A DNA stretch of 51,218 nucleotides from positions 1 to 51,218 of IMG/VR virus record IMGVR_UViG_3300036790_000100; one strand, written 5' to 3'. The DNA is from a virus. Its lineage: Duplodnaviria > Caudoviricetes. Of this stretch, positions 27,853-37,005 are shown piece by piece. Both the position numbers and the translations under genes were made by a program. Every line of letters starts with the position of its first letter. The stretch's first letter is position 1. The notes beneath the pieces are model-generated. The model had not been told where the DNA came from, made no database searches, and worked only from the letters and a program-made list of their open reading frames with translations.

Positions 27853-30225
27853 ATGACATCGACCACCACCGATCGGCTCTACGGCGAAAGCACCTCGGTT
27901 GCGATCAAAGCCCCCGTGATCGCTGTGACCAACGGCGTGCAGCTGCCGCTCTCTGGGCTCACCACGGTTGCCGGCTACACCCCAAATCCGGGCGATCGCA
28001 TCCTGGTCAAGGACCAGGCCGATGCCACGACCAACGGCATCTATTGCGCAGCCACCGGCGCGTGGGCGCGCACCGGGGATTTCAACGGCCCGTACTCCTG
28101 CGTGCAGGGCACGCTTGTCATCGCGGTGCTCAGCAATGGGCAGAGCCTGATCTATCAGCTGAGCACCCCGACACCGATCATCGGCACCACGGACCTCAGC
28201 TTCGTGCCGTTCTGGAATCCGAACGTCACCTATCCGCAAACGCCGATCGAGGCCTTGAAGGGCGTGGTGCCCGTCAATGAGAACTACCAGTTCGGCAACC
28301 CTTTCCGCTATGGCGCCGTCGGTGGCGTCGTCAACCAGGTGCCCGCCGCGGATGACTCGGCCGCGATCCAGGACTGCTTCACGGTCGGCTATTGCGACCT
28401 GCCGGTGCTGGCGGCCTTCAAGGTCATCACGCCGTGTGCGATCGCCGGCCAGGTCACCATGTTGGGCAAAGGCAAAACTTCGCAGATCTACTGCGACAGC
28501 AACGTGGTCACGGTCACCAGCGGCAACTATTCCTTCTTCGACAACTTCGCCATGTTCAACGTCACCGACCCGTGGGTGATCACCCGGAACCCGGCGAACT
28601 GGACCGCCTTCCCCACCCTCACGCAATCGAGCACGGTGCTGGGCTACCAGCCGACGGTCAATGACGGGGATATCTGGTCGAGCCTCACCTCGGCTCAGCA
28701 GAATCAGCAGATCGGCCCGGTCCTGTTCTTCACAGGCCTCGCCACCGGCATCGAGGTGTCCCGCATCTACGGGCGCTTCGTGCGCGTGGAGATCCGCGAT
28801 GCGGTCAACTCGGTGATCCATGACTGCGACGTGCGCGGCGGCAAAGGGCAATGGGGGGTGCTGGAGTTCGACAACTGGACCAACAGCCTGCAGCGCGGCT
28901 CAAAGAATCGGGCGATCAACAACCGGGTGCAGTACGGCTCTTTCACCGGGACGTACTTCGCCTCGAACGATGACTTTGAGAATTCGGGCAACCACATCAG
29001 CTTCGGTGGTGAGAGCGGCACCAAGACGCTGCAGTGCAATGGCGTCACCTTCACCACTGTGACGCTCGCGCCCGGCACCACGACCGCGACGATCTCGCTG
29101 CCCGGCGGCGGCTTCCCGAACGGCATCTGGACCTTCTTGTTCCAGAATGGCGAGACACGGGCGGTGACGATCACCGGGAACACCACGGCCACGTGGGTCG
29201 GAGGCCTCGCCTCGGCAGTCACCTGCGCGTGCGCCTACCAGACGGCGCTCAACCCGCAGTGCTTCCGTGGGCAGATCGAGAACAATCGCTGCTCGCAGAT
29301 GTTTTACGACGGCCTGGACTGCGACAGCACCTTCGGGACCACCGTCGATTGCGCGATGAATTACCACCAGATCAACAACAACTATGCCTATAACAACGGT
29401 GGCAACGGCATCAATGCCGACGGGCAGTTCAACACCTACGTCGGGAACAAGATCTACGGCAATGGCCGCTACGGCTTCTGGGGCCTGTGCAGCTTCTCGC
29501 TGATCGAGGGCAACCACTTCATCGGCAACAACGTGACCACCAGCGGCTCGCAGGCAGATCTGCTGTGCGGCGCCCAGGGCAACACGATCATTGGCAACCG
29601 GATCTACTTCACGGCGGCCGCCGGCTTCCCGATGTACGCAGTGCAGGCGGCAATCCAGGTCCCGCACGTCATCAGCCGCAACGTCACGATCGGGGGCGCG
29701 AACTTCTACGGCAACCCTGGGACCATCGTGCCGTGCGTCTCTGACAACATCGATTCGACCACCGGGTACTACACCGACCAGGCCTTCACCGTCATCCTGC
29801 AAAACAACGGCGGCACGCTGCAGCACGTGTTCTACAGCGATGCCAGCGAGACGGCCTTCGGCCTGGCGGACAAGATCGTGGGTGCAACCGCCGGCGGCTT
29901 CACCAATACTCCCACCGGCACGGATGCCACGACGGCCTTCGGCGCGGGCGCGAAGATCAGCACCAACGTCACCAACGCCATGGTGTTCAACGTCGGTCCG
30001 CAGGACAGCAGCAATGTGCAGATGCTGGCGGTGGCGCACAGTCTCACCGGGACTGCCCTGGTCGCCGAGTGCGCCTTTGAGAACTTCAGTGTCAATGGGG
30101 TGGCGCAGAATCGGCTGATCATCAGCCTGTTCAACGCGACGACGGGCGGCGCGGTGGCTCTCACCACCGGGAATATCGGCGCCGGCACCAACATCAAAAT
30201 CCAGTTCCTCGGCAAGCTGGCCTAA
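27853..30225 (+). CDS. Tailspike with pectin-lyase-like beta-helix
   Basis: N-terminal anchor LSGL..GDRILVKDQ....NGIY...GAWAR; YGAVG..DDSAAIQ; Asn-ladder repeats (I.GN.I). Confidence 0.85.
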   Translation: MTSTTTDRLYGESTSVAIKAPVIAVTNGVQLPLSGLTTVAGYTPNPGDRILVKDQADATTNGIYCAATGAWARTGDFNGPYSCVQGTLVIAVLSNGQSLIYQLSTPTPIIGTTDLSFVPFWNPNVTYPQTPIEALKGVVPVNENYQFGNPFRYGAVGGVVNQVPAADDSAAIQDCFTVGYCDLPVLAAFKVITPCAIAGQVTMLGKGKTSQIYCDSNVVTVTSGNYSFFDNFAMFNVTDPWVITRNPANWTAFPTLTQSSTVLGYQPTVNDGDIWSSLTSAQQNQQIGPVLFFTGLATGIEVSRIYGRFVRVEIRDAVNSVIHDCDVRGGKGQWGVLEFDNWTNSLQRGSKNRAINNRVQYGSFTGTYFASNDDFENSGNHISFGGESGTKTLQCNGVTFTTVTLAPGTTTATISLPGGGFPNGIWTFLFQNGETRAVTITGNTTATWVGGLASAVTCACAYQTALNPQCFRGQIENNRCSQMFYDGLDCDSTFGTTVDCAMNYHQINNNYAYNNGGNGINADGQFNTYVGNKIYGNGRYGFWGLCSFSLIEGNHFIGNNVTTSGSQADLLCGAQGNTIIGNRIYFTAAAGFPMYAVQAAIQVPHVISRNVTIGGANFYGNPGTIVPCVSDNIDSTTGYYTDQAFTVILQNNGGTLQHVFYSDASETAFGLADKIVGATAGGFTNTPTGTDATTAFGAGAKISTNVTNAMVFNVGPQDSSNVQMLAVAHSLTGTALVAECAFENFSVNGVAQNRLIISLFNATTGGAVALTTGNIGAGTNIKIQFLGKLA

Positions 30226-30231
30226 AGGGAA

Positions 30232-30552
30232 ATGATGAATGCCGACACGATCGTCAAAGCGGTGCTCGGTGCCCTGGTCGCGGTGTTGGGGGCATTCGTG
30301 GCCCTTCTAAGCTACCTGGGAGGAGATGCCATGAAGCGACTACACCACCTGGAGGGCGATACCGTTCGCAAGTCAGACTGGGAGGCGCTGAAGAAACAGC
30401 TGCGCGATGAGCACGTTGAGAATCGCGAGACCATCAAGGCGGCCGCCGAGAAGACCCGCGATAACATCAAGGAGCTCACGGATGCGGTGACTGGCACGCA
30501 CCGGCGTATAGATGAGTTCATGCTCAAACAACTGGAGCTGGCCAAAAAATGA
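30232..30552 (+). CDS. Putative holin/antiholin (1 TM plus coiled coil)
   Basis: N-terminal hydrophobic helix then a charged coiled coil; precedes the lysin. Confidence 0.55.
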   Translation: MMNADTIVKAVLGALVAVLGAFVALLSYLGGDAMKRLHHLEGDTVRKSDWEALKKQLRDEHVENRETIKAAAEKTRDNIKELTDAVTGTHRRIDEFMLKQLELAKK

Positions 30553-31310
30553 AGCTGACCCGCGAAGAAGCGCTCAACAACCCCGGCGGCATCGTCCACA
30601 GCCACATCGCCTGGAACGGCATGGCGCCGGATCAGTCGGATGAGAAGTTTGTGAAGTTCCTCACCCCGGCCGACGGCCTGCACGCGCTGGTGATGAACCT
30701 CCTGGCCTACGGTCGCGAAGGCGTCAAGACGATTGCCAACGCCATCATCAAATGGGCGCCGGCGAAGGAGAACAATGTCGCGGCCTACATCGCAGACGTC
30801 TGCACGTACTGCCGCTGCCTGCCGACCGATCCACTGAAGCCGCGCGACCCGAACCAGGTCAAGGCGATCATCCACCACGAGAATGGCCGCGTGATCTACA
30901 CCGACGCACAGGTGGCGACCGCGATTGATTCAACCTACCAGAAGGCAACCCCTGTGAACCTACACCCAGACGCTCAGGAGCTCCCGCAGGCGCCCAAGCC
31001 GCGCACGTGGGCGGAAGATATTCAGCAGGCTACCGGCCGCGCCGGCGCTGAGTCCGTCCCTCTGCCGCAGCTGCCTGCGATCCCGCTGCCGGCCTCGCTC
31101 GATCGACAGACGCTGTGGAACTGGTTCTTGGCCAACGGCGACAAGCTGTTCGCGACCCTATGCGGCCTGGCGCTGTATCTTTACCAGACCGGCGCCTTCC
31201 CGCCGGCTTGGGGGAAAACCCTCACAATCATCTTCGGCGCCGCGGCGTGGATCCACCTGCACTACCTGCCGGCGCCGCTGCCTGTTTTCAAAAACGGCGC
31301 CCAGCAATAA
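30549..31310 (+). CDS. Lysozyme-like endolysin (structural protein P5 family) with C-terminal TM extension
   Basis: NNPGGI..F..F.TP..G..A..L..Y...TI...I.KWAP..EN....Y...IIHHENG motif, then a Pro-rich linker and two hydrophobic helices. Confidence 0.75.
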   Translation: MKLTREEALNNPGGIVHSHIAWNGMAPDQSDEKFVKFLTPADGLHALVMNLLAYGREGVKTIANAIIKWAPAKENNVAAYIADVCTYCRCLPTDPLKPRDPNQVKAIIHHENGRVIYTDAQVATAIDSTYQKATPVNLHPDAQELPQAPKPRTWAEDIQQATGRAGAESVPLPQLPAIPLPASLDRQTLWNWFLANGDKLFATLCGLALYLYQTGAFPPAWGKTLTIIFGAAAWIHLHYLPAPLPVFKNGAQQ

Positions 31311-31342
31311 CGCTGCGGCGCCCACCACCACCTGGAGACTCG

Positions 31343-31780
31343 ATGAATACGAACACCCCTTTCCTGATCAAGATCGGCACCGACCTCATCGTCGGGGCGA
31401 TCATCCGCGCCGGTACCAGCGGCGATAAGACCAAGCAGGGCGCGCGCGCGCAGGAGGTCATCGTCATCAACGCTGCACTCACGCAGCTGAACAATGGCGA
31501 TGTGACCGACGGCCTGGCCTCCCTCGAGGCGGCCACCAACACCACCGCGCTTGATCCTTCAGAGGCGGCCGCGTTGGTGAGCGCTGTCGGCTTTATCTCC
31601 TCCAAAGCGGCAGCACTGCAGAACCTGGAATCCGGTACCGCGATCGGCGTGGTCGCAACGCAGATCGCCGGCCAGGTGCTGACCGAGGCAACCACGGTGG
31701 CGCAGGCCTACGTGACGGCCGCGATCCCGCCGAAGACCGACACAACCACTGGCGCTACCGCCGCCGGCGCGTCCAGCTAG
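31343..31780 (+). CDS. Hypothetical Ala-rich protein
   Basis: GGAG RBS before ATG 31343; ends before a terminator. Confidence 0.7.
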   Translation: MNTNTPFLIKIGTDLIVGAIIRAGTSGDKTKQGARAQEVIVINAALTQLNNGDVTDGLASLEAATNTTALDPSEAAALVSAVGFISSKAAALQNLESGTAIGVVATQIAGQVLTEATTVAQAYVTAAIPPKTDTTTGATAAGASS

Positions 31781-31799
31781 ACCCCTTCGTCCTCAACCC

Positions 31800-31837
31800 A
31801 AGGCGCCAGCGGCTTGATCGCCCTGGCGCCTTTTTTT
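31800..31837 (+). terminator. Intrinsic terminator
   Basis: AAGGCGCCAG-loop-CTGGCGCCTT followed by a T run. Confidence 0.8.
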
Positions 31838-31851
31838 ATGGAGCACTGTAA

Positions 31852-32130
31852 ATGCCACTCGCAGAAATCCTGATCCTGGTCCAGATCGCCGCGGGCCTCG
31901 CCGGTACCGCGAACGGTCTGATCCAGATCATCGAGTCCGTGAAGAAGGATCCGTCGCTGGATCCAGTTGAAGAATTGAAGGCGGCGATCAAAGCGGCCGC
32001 GACGCCGAAGGCAATGACAGCGCTCTGGGGTATCAGCTCGGTGCTGCATGACAAGGCGGTAGAGATCATCCAAGGAAGTCCCGCCGCGGCGCCGGCGGCC
32101 GCCGTCACTCAAGGAGGTGCAGCCCCGTGA
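31852..32130 (+). CDS. Hypothetical protein with hydrophobic N-terminus
   Basis: GGAG RBS; coupled to the next gene. Confidence 0.65.
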   Translation: MPLAEILILVQIAAGLAGTANGLIQIIESVKKDPSLDPVEELKAAIKAAATPKAMTALWGISSVLHDKAVEIIQGSPAAAPAAAVTQGGAAP

Positions 32131-32714
32131 CCATCAACAACGCGAAGGTCGATCACGTCGACGTCAGCCTGGTGGCCAACAGCGGCTGGAGCTCAAAGGC
32201 GATCGAATGGTTCGGCGCCGGCAGCTTCAGCCACATCGACAACGTGCTGCCGGACTGGTACTGCAAACAGAACGGCCACCGGCTCGGATCCCTGCTCGGC
32301 GCCCGCTCGGATCACGTGGGCGGCCAGCGCCCTGGCGTGCGGATCCGGCCGCCCGACTATGAGAACTGGCCCAAGCGGGTGATCCTGCGGGTGCCCTGCA
32401 CGCCCCTGGCAGCCCACGCCTGGCTCAACTACGGCACCGCCCAGCTGGGCAAGCCGTACGACACCGTGGGACTCCTGGAGAGCTTTGGTGGCATGGCGTT
32501 CAGGCGCACCCGGCGCGACTGGCGGGATCCTGTGGCCTGGTGGTGCTCGGAGCTGTCAGCCCGGATGGGCGAGTTGGGCACGATCTTCAGTCATCTGCCG
32601 ATCCCGGTCTGGAAGATCACCCCGGGCGACTGCGCCCTGCTGTACTCGGCCGCCGGCGGCGAGGTGATCTTCACCAAGGGCATCAGCTACGAAAAGCCAC
32701 CGTTGCACCACTAG
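32127..32714 (+). CDS. Permuted papain-like (YiiX/YebB NlpC/P60) protein
   Basis: FSH...QLGKPYD...WWCSEL...ITPGD, with His before Cys. Confidence 0.8.
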   Translation: MTINNAKVDHVDVSLVANSGWSSKAIEWFGAGSFSHIDNVLPDWYCKQNGHRLGSLLGARSDHVGGQRPGVRIRPPDYENWPKRVILRVPCTPLAAHAWLNYGTAQLGKPYDTVGLLESFGGMAFRRTRRDWRDPVAWWCSELSARMGELGTIFSHLPIPVWKITPGDCALLYSAAGGEVIFTKGISYEKPPLHH

Positions 32715-32967
32715 TCAGCTCCACCAGCTGCTTCGAGAGCCAGCGGAACTGGCCGGTTTTCAACAAGAACAATTCCCACGACGCCGCCGGCATTGACCTG
32801 GCTTCGCGTCCCTGCTCCCAATTGGCCCAATTCCGCGGCGAGGTGTAGATCACCGCCGCGGCCTCCTCCTGCGTCAACCCCGCCTTCTCACGCGCATCGC
32901 GCACCTCCTCGCACTTCGGCTCACGCCCGGCGATCGGGTTATTCTTGCTGCGGTTGCTGTGTGCCAC
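32683..32967 (-). CDS. XRE-family HTH protein
   Basis: VRDAREKAGLTQEEAAAVI...NWANWEQG.....MP.ASWELF. Confidence 0.85.
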   Translation of the reverse strand: MAHSNRSKNNPIAGREPKCEEVRDAREKAGLTQEEAAAVIYTSPRNWANWEQGREARSMPAASWELFLLKTGQFRWLSKQLVELTSGATVAFRS

Positions 32968-33246
32968 TCAACTCTCCCCTTCGGCCTGTTTGGTATCGCC
33001 CTGGTGGTCAGCGCACCACTGGCGTATGTCTCTCGCCCGCTGCAGATACTGCGCCGGCGTCGCTCCGTTCTCCATGCCCATGATCTCACCGAGCTCGGTC
33101 ATGAATTCGCGCACGGCCTCGAGGTGCGATCGCTGCTCGGCCGGCGCCGGGAATGTTTTGCCCCCCGCCTGCGCGCGCGCCACACAAGACCCGAAGGCCT
33201 CGCAGCGCTTGTGATCGCTGCACTTGGACCAGAAGCAACTGATCAC
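32968..33246 (-). CDS. Hypothetical protein (Cys-containing N-terminus)
   Basis: Part of a chain of coupled - strand ORFs. Confidence 0.55.
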   Translation of the reverse strand: MISCFWSKCSDHKRCEAFGSCVARAQAGGKTFPAPAEQRSHLEAVREFMTELGEIMGMENGATPAQYLQRARDIRQWCADHQGDTKQAEGES

Positions 33247-33500
33247 CGCCCCCCCGCTTTGCGCAACGCCTCACGAGCTCGGCCGACCGCCGGATGATCC
33301 CCTTCGGGATACTCGCCGTGCTCGGCGATCGGGATCAGCTCCTCGAGCGCTTCGACCAGGACGGTGTTCACCTCACGCAGCTGGTCGCGCTCATCCTGGA
33401 GGTGGGTGATCAGATTGACCGCGGTGGCCTGGACCTTCTCGATCTTCTCGAGCAGCTCGGCGACCGGCACCGGCACGGGTTCAACGGTTGCCATGATCAA
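33243..33500 (-). CDS. Hypothetical coiled-coil protein
   Basis: LVEALEEL...AREAL pattern of phage early genes; ATGA coupling. Confidence 0.6.
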   Translation of the reverse strand: MIMATVEPVPVPVAELLEKIEKVQATAVNLITHLQDERDQLREVNTVLVEALEELIPIAEHGEYPEGDHPAVGRAREALRKAGGR

Positions 33501-33842
33501 TTCCCCAACGTCCGGCGGAAGGCCTCGAGCTCGTTATGGATCAGCTCCATGCGGCGCAGATCCTGAACGGTGGGTTCCCTATCCGCATCCATGATGCCGA
33601 TCATGCTGGCGTACAGGTGCTGGGCGCCGAGCATGTAGGCCTTCCTCATTTCGCGCACCTGAGTCTTGTCCGCCTTGGCCAGGCCAGACACCGCGACGAA
33701 GGATGGTGCCGATCTTCGCGCCCACGCTGCTGGTGAAATGCTTGGCAGCCAGGACCGCTTCCTCGGCCGAGACGAACTCGCGCACGCGCTCATAGCTCTC
33801 GTCGGGGAAGAACTGGTAGACGCTGAACTCGCCGGCGCTCAT
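33497..33842 (-). pseudogene. Two small early genes possibly fused out of frame by a deletion near 33700
   Basis: One frame is protein-like from 33842 to about 33700 (EFSVYQFFPD...) and then degenerates. A second frame is protein-like from about 33700 to 33497 (QVREMRKAY.LGAQHL...) with no clear start before it. Confidence 0.35.
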
Positions 33843-34141
33843 CGCAACCACACGCATTCGGTGACTTCGCTCTCGCCGGCGCTGTAGTGCCGAGCACTCA
33901 TCGATGCCAAGAAGGTGCCAGGCGGTAACACACGGCGCGTGCCGTCGGCCATGACCGCAGGCAGCGGCACCAGAGTCTTGCCGATCGACCAGACCCACTC
34001 CTCCCGCGCGGCATCGCAGTAGTCGATATCATCTTTGAACAGGCGATCGAGGACGTAATCTCCGACCGATGTTCTTTCGCAGCCGGCGATATCGATCGCG
34101 TTGCCGTCCTGCAGCTTTCGCTCCATGGCTTTGTTGTTCAC
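33839..34141 (-). CDS. Hypothetical protein
   Basis: Coupled ORF; DYCDA..E.W.WSIG motif. Confidence 0.6.
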   Translation of the reverse strand: MNNKAMERKLQDGNAIDIAGCERTSVGDYVLDRLFKDDIDYCDAAREEWVWSIGKTLVPLPAVMADGTRRVLPPGTFLASMSARHYSAGESEVTECVWLR

Positions 34142-34461
34142 TTCTGATCTGCCTTCGATATTGCCGCGCGCAGCTCCTCGAACTCGTACCAGGCAAACAC
34201 GCGATCGGTTTCCTCACCGTCGGCCCACTGTGACTCGGTGCCCGTGTCCTCGAGGAGCTTCACCAGGTTGCGTGCCGCCGTCAGCAGCTGCTCGTGGCAG
34301 TTGAACCGATCGACCATGAGCTGGCCCCAAAGGTCACGGCCGATGCCAATGTAGGCGATCGTGCGCTTCCCATGCTTGATCGCGATCCTGGTCTCGGTCT
34401 TATCGTCCAGCACCAACTGAGCGCCGGCGTTGCTCTTGGCGAATTGCTGGATGACGCTCAC
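34138..34461 (-). CDS. Hypothetical protein
   Basis: Coupled ORF ending LRAAISKA. Confidence 0.55.
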   Translation of the reverse strand: MSVIQQFAKSNAGAQLVLDDKTETRIAIKHGKRTIAYIGIGRDLWGQLMVDRFNCHEQLLTAARNLVKLLEDTGTESQWADGEETDRVFAWYEFEELRAAISKADQK

Positions 34462-34871
34462 TGCGGCGCCCACTGCGGCCTAGTCAGCACGCGGATGCAA
34501 ACTCCCAGCCGATGCTCTGAGTACTCGCCGAGCTGAGCTTCGTTCATGGACTTGAGCAGCGCCTGGTCATCAGCAGCACAGTCGTCGCTCATCCACCCGC
34601 GCAACCAGGTCGGCCGCTGGTCGCCGGTCAGCATGTGCTCCTGGCTGCCGCCCTCGGTGTTCTCGACGTATAGGAAGATCGGCGCTTCCTTGAGCAGCTC
34701 GGTGCGTTCATTGACCGAGCGCACGATCAGCTGTGCGACCTCCTGGCCGTCACCGTGACCGGCATAGATCAGCGCGATCGCACGGCCGTGGCCATCGTGT
34801 ATCGCGACGCCTGTGGTCTTGAACCCATCGACAGTGCGCGGCCGCACAATGCCGTCAGTCTCGAATTTCAT
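34458..34871 (-). CDS. Hypothetical protein
   Basis: Coupled ORF in the early operon. Confidence 0.6.
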   Translation of the reverse strand: MKFETDGIVRPRTVDGFKTTGVAIHDGHGRAIALIYAGHGDGQEVAQLIVRSVNERTELLKEAPIFLYVENTEGGSQEHMLTGDQRPTWLRGWMSDDCAADDQALLKSMNEAQLGEYSEHRLGVCIRVLTRPQWAPQ

Positions 34872-35266
34872 ACCAGCGTCCCCTGCTCGATCCGTTCATA
34901 GATCGCGTCGATGACCGCGCCGAACTGCTCACCCTCGGCGACGTGGTAGTCGCTGATGATGTCCTCCCCATTGCCCTCGACCAGCATCACGCCCCGCGTG
35001 CCCCAAGTCAGCTTGCCTTGGTGCGTGAAGTGCAGCGTCGGTGCGTGCATGTCGTAGTCGGCAAAGACTGAGAACACGTCCTCATCGGTGAGCGGCCGCT
35101 CGATCTGGTCCGGAGGATCGGTTGCCGACACCTCGACCAATGTCTGCTCCCGATCGGCAATGCCGACCACGTAATCCTCACCAGTCCACACCGCTGCCGG
35201 TTGGTACCCGGCAGCGCGCATGTCCTTCATGAGAGTTTTGAGAATCAAGGCCTCGACCATCTTCAT
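34868..35266 (-). CDS. Hypothetical acidic protein
   Basis: GGAGG RBS; V.LV.GNGEDIISDY motif. Confidence 0.7.
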   Translation of the reverse strand: MKMVEALILKTLMKDMRAAGYQPAAVWTGEDYVVGIADREQTLVEVSATDPPDQIERPLTDEDVFSVFADYDMHAPTLHFTHQGKLTWGTRGVMLVEGNGEDIISDYHVAEGEQFGAVIDAIYERIEQGTLV

Positions 35267-35457
35267 ACGATACCCTCCGCTTTCCGCAGCGCCTCACGCG
35301 CGCGCCGCACGTTGCCTTCCGCTACCTGCAGATCTCGACAGCATTCGTGGCCGTCGCCAGAGCACTCCTGGTTCCAGTGGACACAACGCTCCTCGGCAAC
35401 GGCCCTGGCGCGCTTCGCGTCCTGCAGCTTGAACAGCAATGACTGCCTAGCACTCAT
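35263..35457 (-). CDS. Small hypothetical protein
   Basis: MSARQSLL...; ATGA coupling at both ends. Confidence 0.5.
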   Translation of the reverse strand: MSARQSLLFKLQDAKRARAVAEERCVHWNQECSGDGHECCRDLQVAEGNVRRAREALRKAEGIV

Positions 35458-35894
35458 ACGACACCCGCCACGCTCACCGCTTCCCGAATCAGCATCAGGG
35501 ACAGGTGCGGTCGCTGATCGGCGATCAGATCGACCACGTTGCCGCGATCGATCGTCACGCCGGCCGCCCGTGCATTGGCCACGAGCTCGATCACATCGGT
35601 GCTGAGCTTCCTGATTAGGACCTCCTGCATCTGGGCCAGTCGATCGGCGCGGAACCTGTCGTACGACTCCTGCGTGACCAAGCGCGGATTGCAGTGCCCG
35701 AAGTACTCCCGGCCGATCGTGTGGTCGTGGACTCCGGTCATCTGGCGGCCGCTGCCACCCTGAATCTCCTGCAGGATGTGAACGCCCTTGACGGTGCTGA
35801 TGATCCGGAAGAAGCCAGGCTGGTTGCACTGGTCGCCGGAGTAGTGGACATGGCTGCCGATCTCCAGGACCGGCTGTTGAGGCTGCCTGTTCAT
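35454..35894 (-). CDS. Hypothetical protein
   Basis: GGGAG RBS; coupled ORF. Confidence 0.6.
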   Translation of the reverse strand: MNRQPQQPVLEIGSHVHYSGDQCNQPGFFRIISTVKGVHILQEIQGGSGRQMTGVHDHTIGREYFGHCNPRLVTQESYDRFRADRLAQMQEVLIRKLSTDVIELVANARAAGVTIDRGNVVDLIADQRPHLSLMLIREAVSVAGVV

Positions 35895-36148
35895 GACCGC
35901 TCCCACTCGGCCCGCGCGATCTCGGCCTGGTGGCTCACCACCGCCCGGTCCATGATCGCATCGAACTGAGCCTTCGGATCCGGCACGTACTCCACCTGGA
36001 AGCCCAGCGCGCCGATCTGCACCAGCTGCTCCCTCGAGAGAGTCTTGACACCGATCAGCTTGGCGAAGCGCTGCGCCTGGTCACAGGCCGGATAGTTCTT
36101 GGACACCCCGTACACGTTGCGGCTGTACACCTTGATCTGGGTGATCAT
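35891..36148 (-). CDS. Hypothetical protein
   Basis: RNVYG...YPAC..A..FA.L.G.KTL......I..LGF motif. Confidence 0.7.
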   Translation of the reverse strand: MITQIKVYSRNVYGVSKNYPACDQAQRFAKLIGVKTLSREQLVQIGALGFQVEYVPDPKAQFDAIMDRAVVSHQAEIARAEWERS

Positions 36149-36411
36149 CGTGAGAGCACATCGTTGGCGAGCCAGTCTTCGTACCGGATCACACCGGGGC
36201 CGTCGTACATGGGGCCGGCGAGCTGCTCGAACTTCGGCTGGCCGATCAGTTCAGCTCGCAGCTGGATCCTGTCGCCGGGCCGCTGCTCGATCACGCCGAC
36301 CTGTTTGAAGCCTCGGACTTCCATCACCGAGGCCAGGTTCTCGATCGCGAACTGAGAAGCCACCAGCTTCTTGTCCGCCATCTGAACCAGGTTGACCTTC
36401 TGGACACTCAT
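36145..36411 (-). CDS. Hypothetical protein
   Basis: GGAGGG RBS; RAEL.GQP.F..L.GPMYDG..IRYE. Confidence 0.7.
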   Translation of the reverse strand: MSVQKVNLVQMADKKLVASQFAIENLASVMEVRGFKQVGVIEQRPGDRIQLRAELIGQPKFEQLAGPMYDGPGVIRYEDWLANDVLSR

Positions 36412-36466
36412 CGCTCATCCCTCCACCCCTGTTTGATCGGCCGAGGTGCGCCCTGCGAAATGAATA

Positions 36467-36727
36467 CTACGCCCGTGGCGCAGTTACTGCAAGCTCCAGC
36501 AACTCGGCGTTGAGCTGCTCCAGTAGAGCCTCCAGGGCAAACGGATGCTGCCAGGCCGGCGCGTGAATCAACGGCTGGCTGTCCTGATCGTACTCAACCA
36601 GGCACCAACTGCCTGGAATCGTCCAGGGGTAGAACTCCAGTGCGGTGCGGAACGGACCCAGCACGTACACCTCCGCGGGCGTGGCGTCCTCGAGATTGAA
36701 CCAGCGCTTCTTGCCCGGATAGATCAT
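36467..36727 (-). CDS. Hypothetical protein
   Basis: ATG at 36727 is coupled to the upstream stop. Confidence 0.5.
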   Translation of the reverse strand: MIYPGKKRWFNLEDATPAEVYVLGPFRTALEFYPWTIPGSWCLVEYDQDSQPLIHAPAWQHPFALEALLEQLNAELLELAVTAPRA

Positions 36728-37005
36728 GGGCTCTTGGGCTTGTTCGCTGGGTGCGCTTCCCACATTTTCGCGTGCTTCGGGCATAGGTCCTTATCGGGCT
36801 TCGGCGAGGTGGTGCAGCTCTCGCAGATCGGCTGATCACAGGTGGTGGTCGGGCCGACCTTCCAGTCGCACATCCTAGTGGCGAGCTTGCCGCAGTGACA
36901 GCGCGACTCGACCGGGAAGCTCCCCGTGAGGATTGCGGTACCGCCGCCGGGGAGCTTCACGCGGATGCAGCCTCTCTTACGCTTAGTGCGTGCCTTCGAC
37001 GCCAC
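36724..37005 (-). CDS. Small Cys-rich zinc-finger protein
   Basis: CHC...CD....CD..IC..C.......LCPKH. Confidence 0.65.
   Translation of the reverse strand: MASKARTKRKRGCIRVKLPGGGTAILTGSFPVESRCHCGKLATRMCDWKVGPTTTCDQPICESCTTSPKPDKDLCPKHAKMWEAHPANKPKSP

Noticed and set aside
27853-30225. Diversity-generating retroelement, given the BPP-1-like architecture
   Set aside because: No reverse transcriptase and no TR/VR repeat pair were seen.
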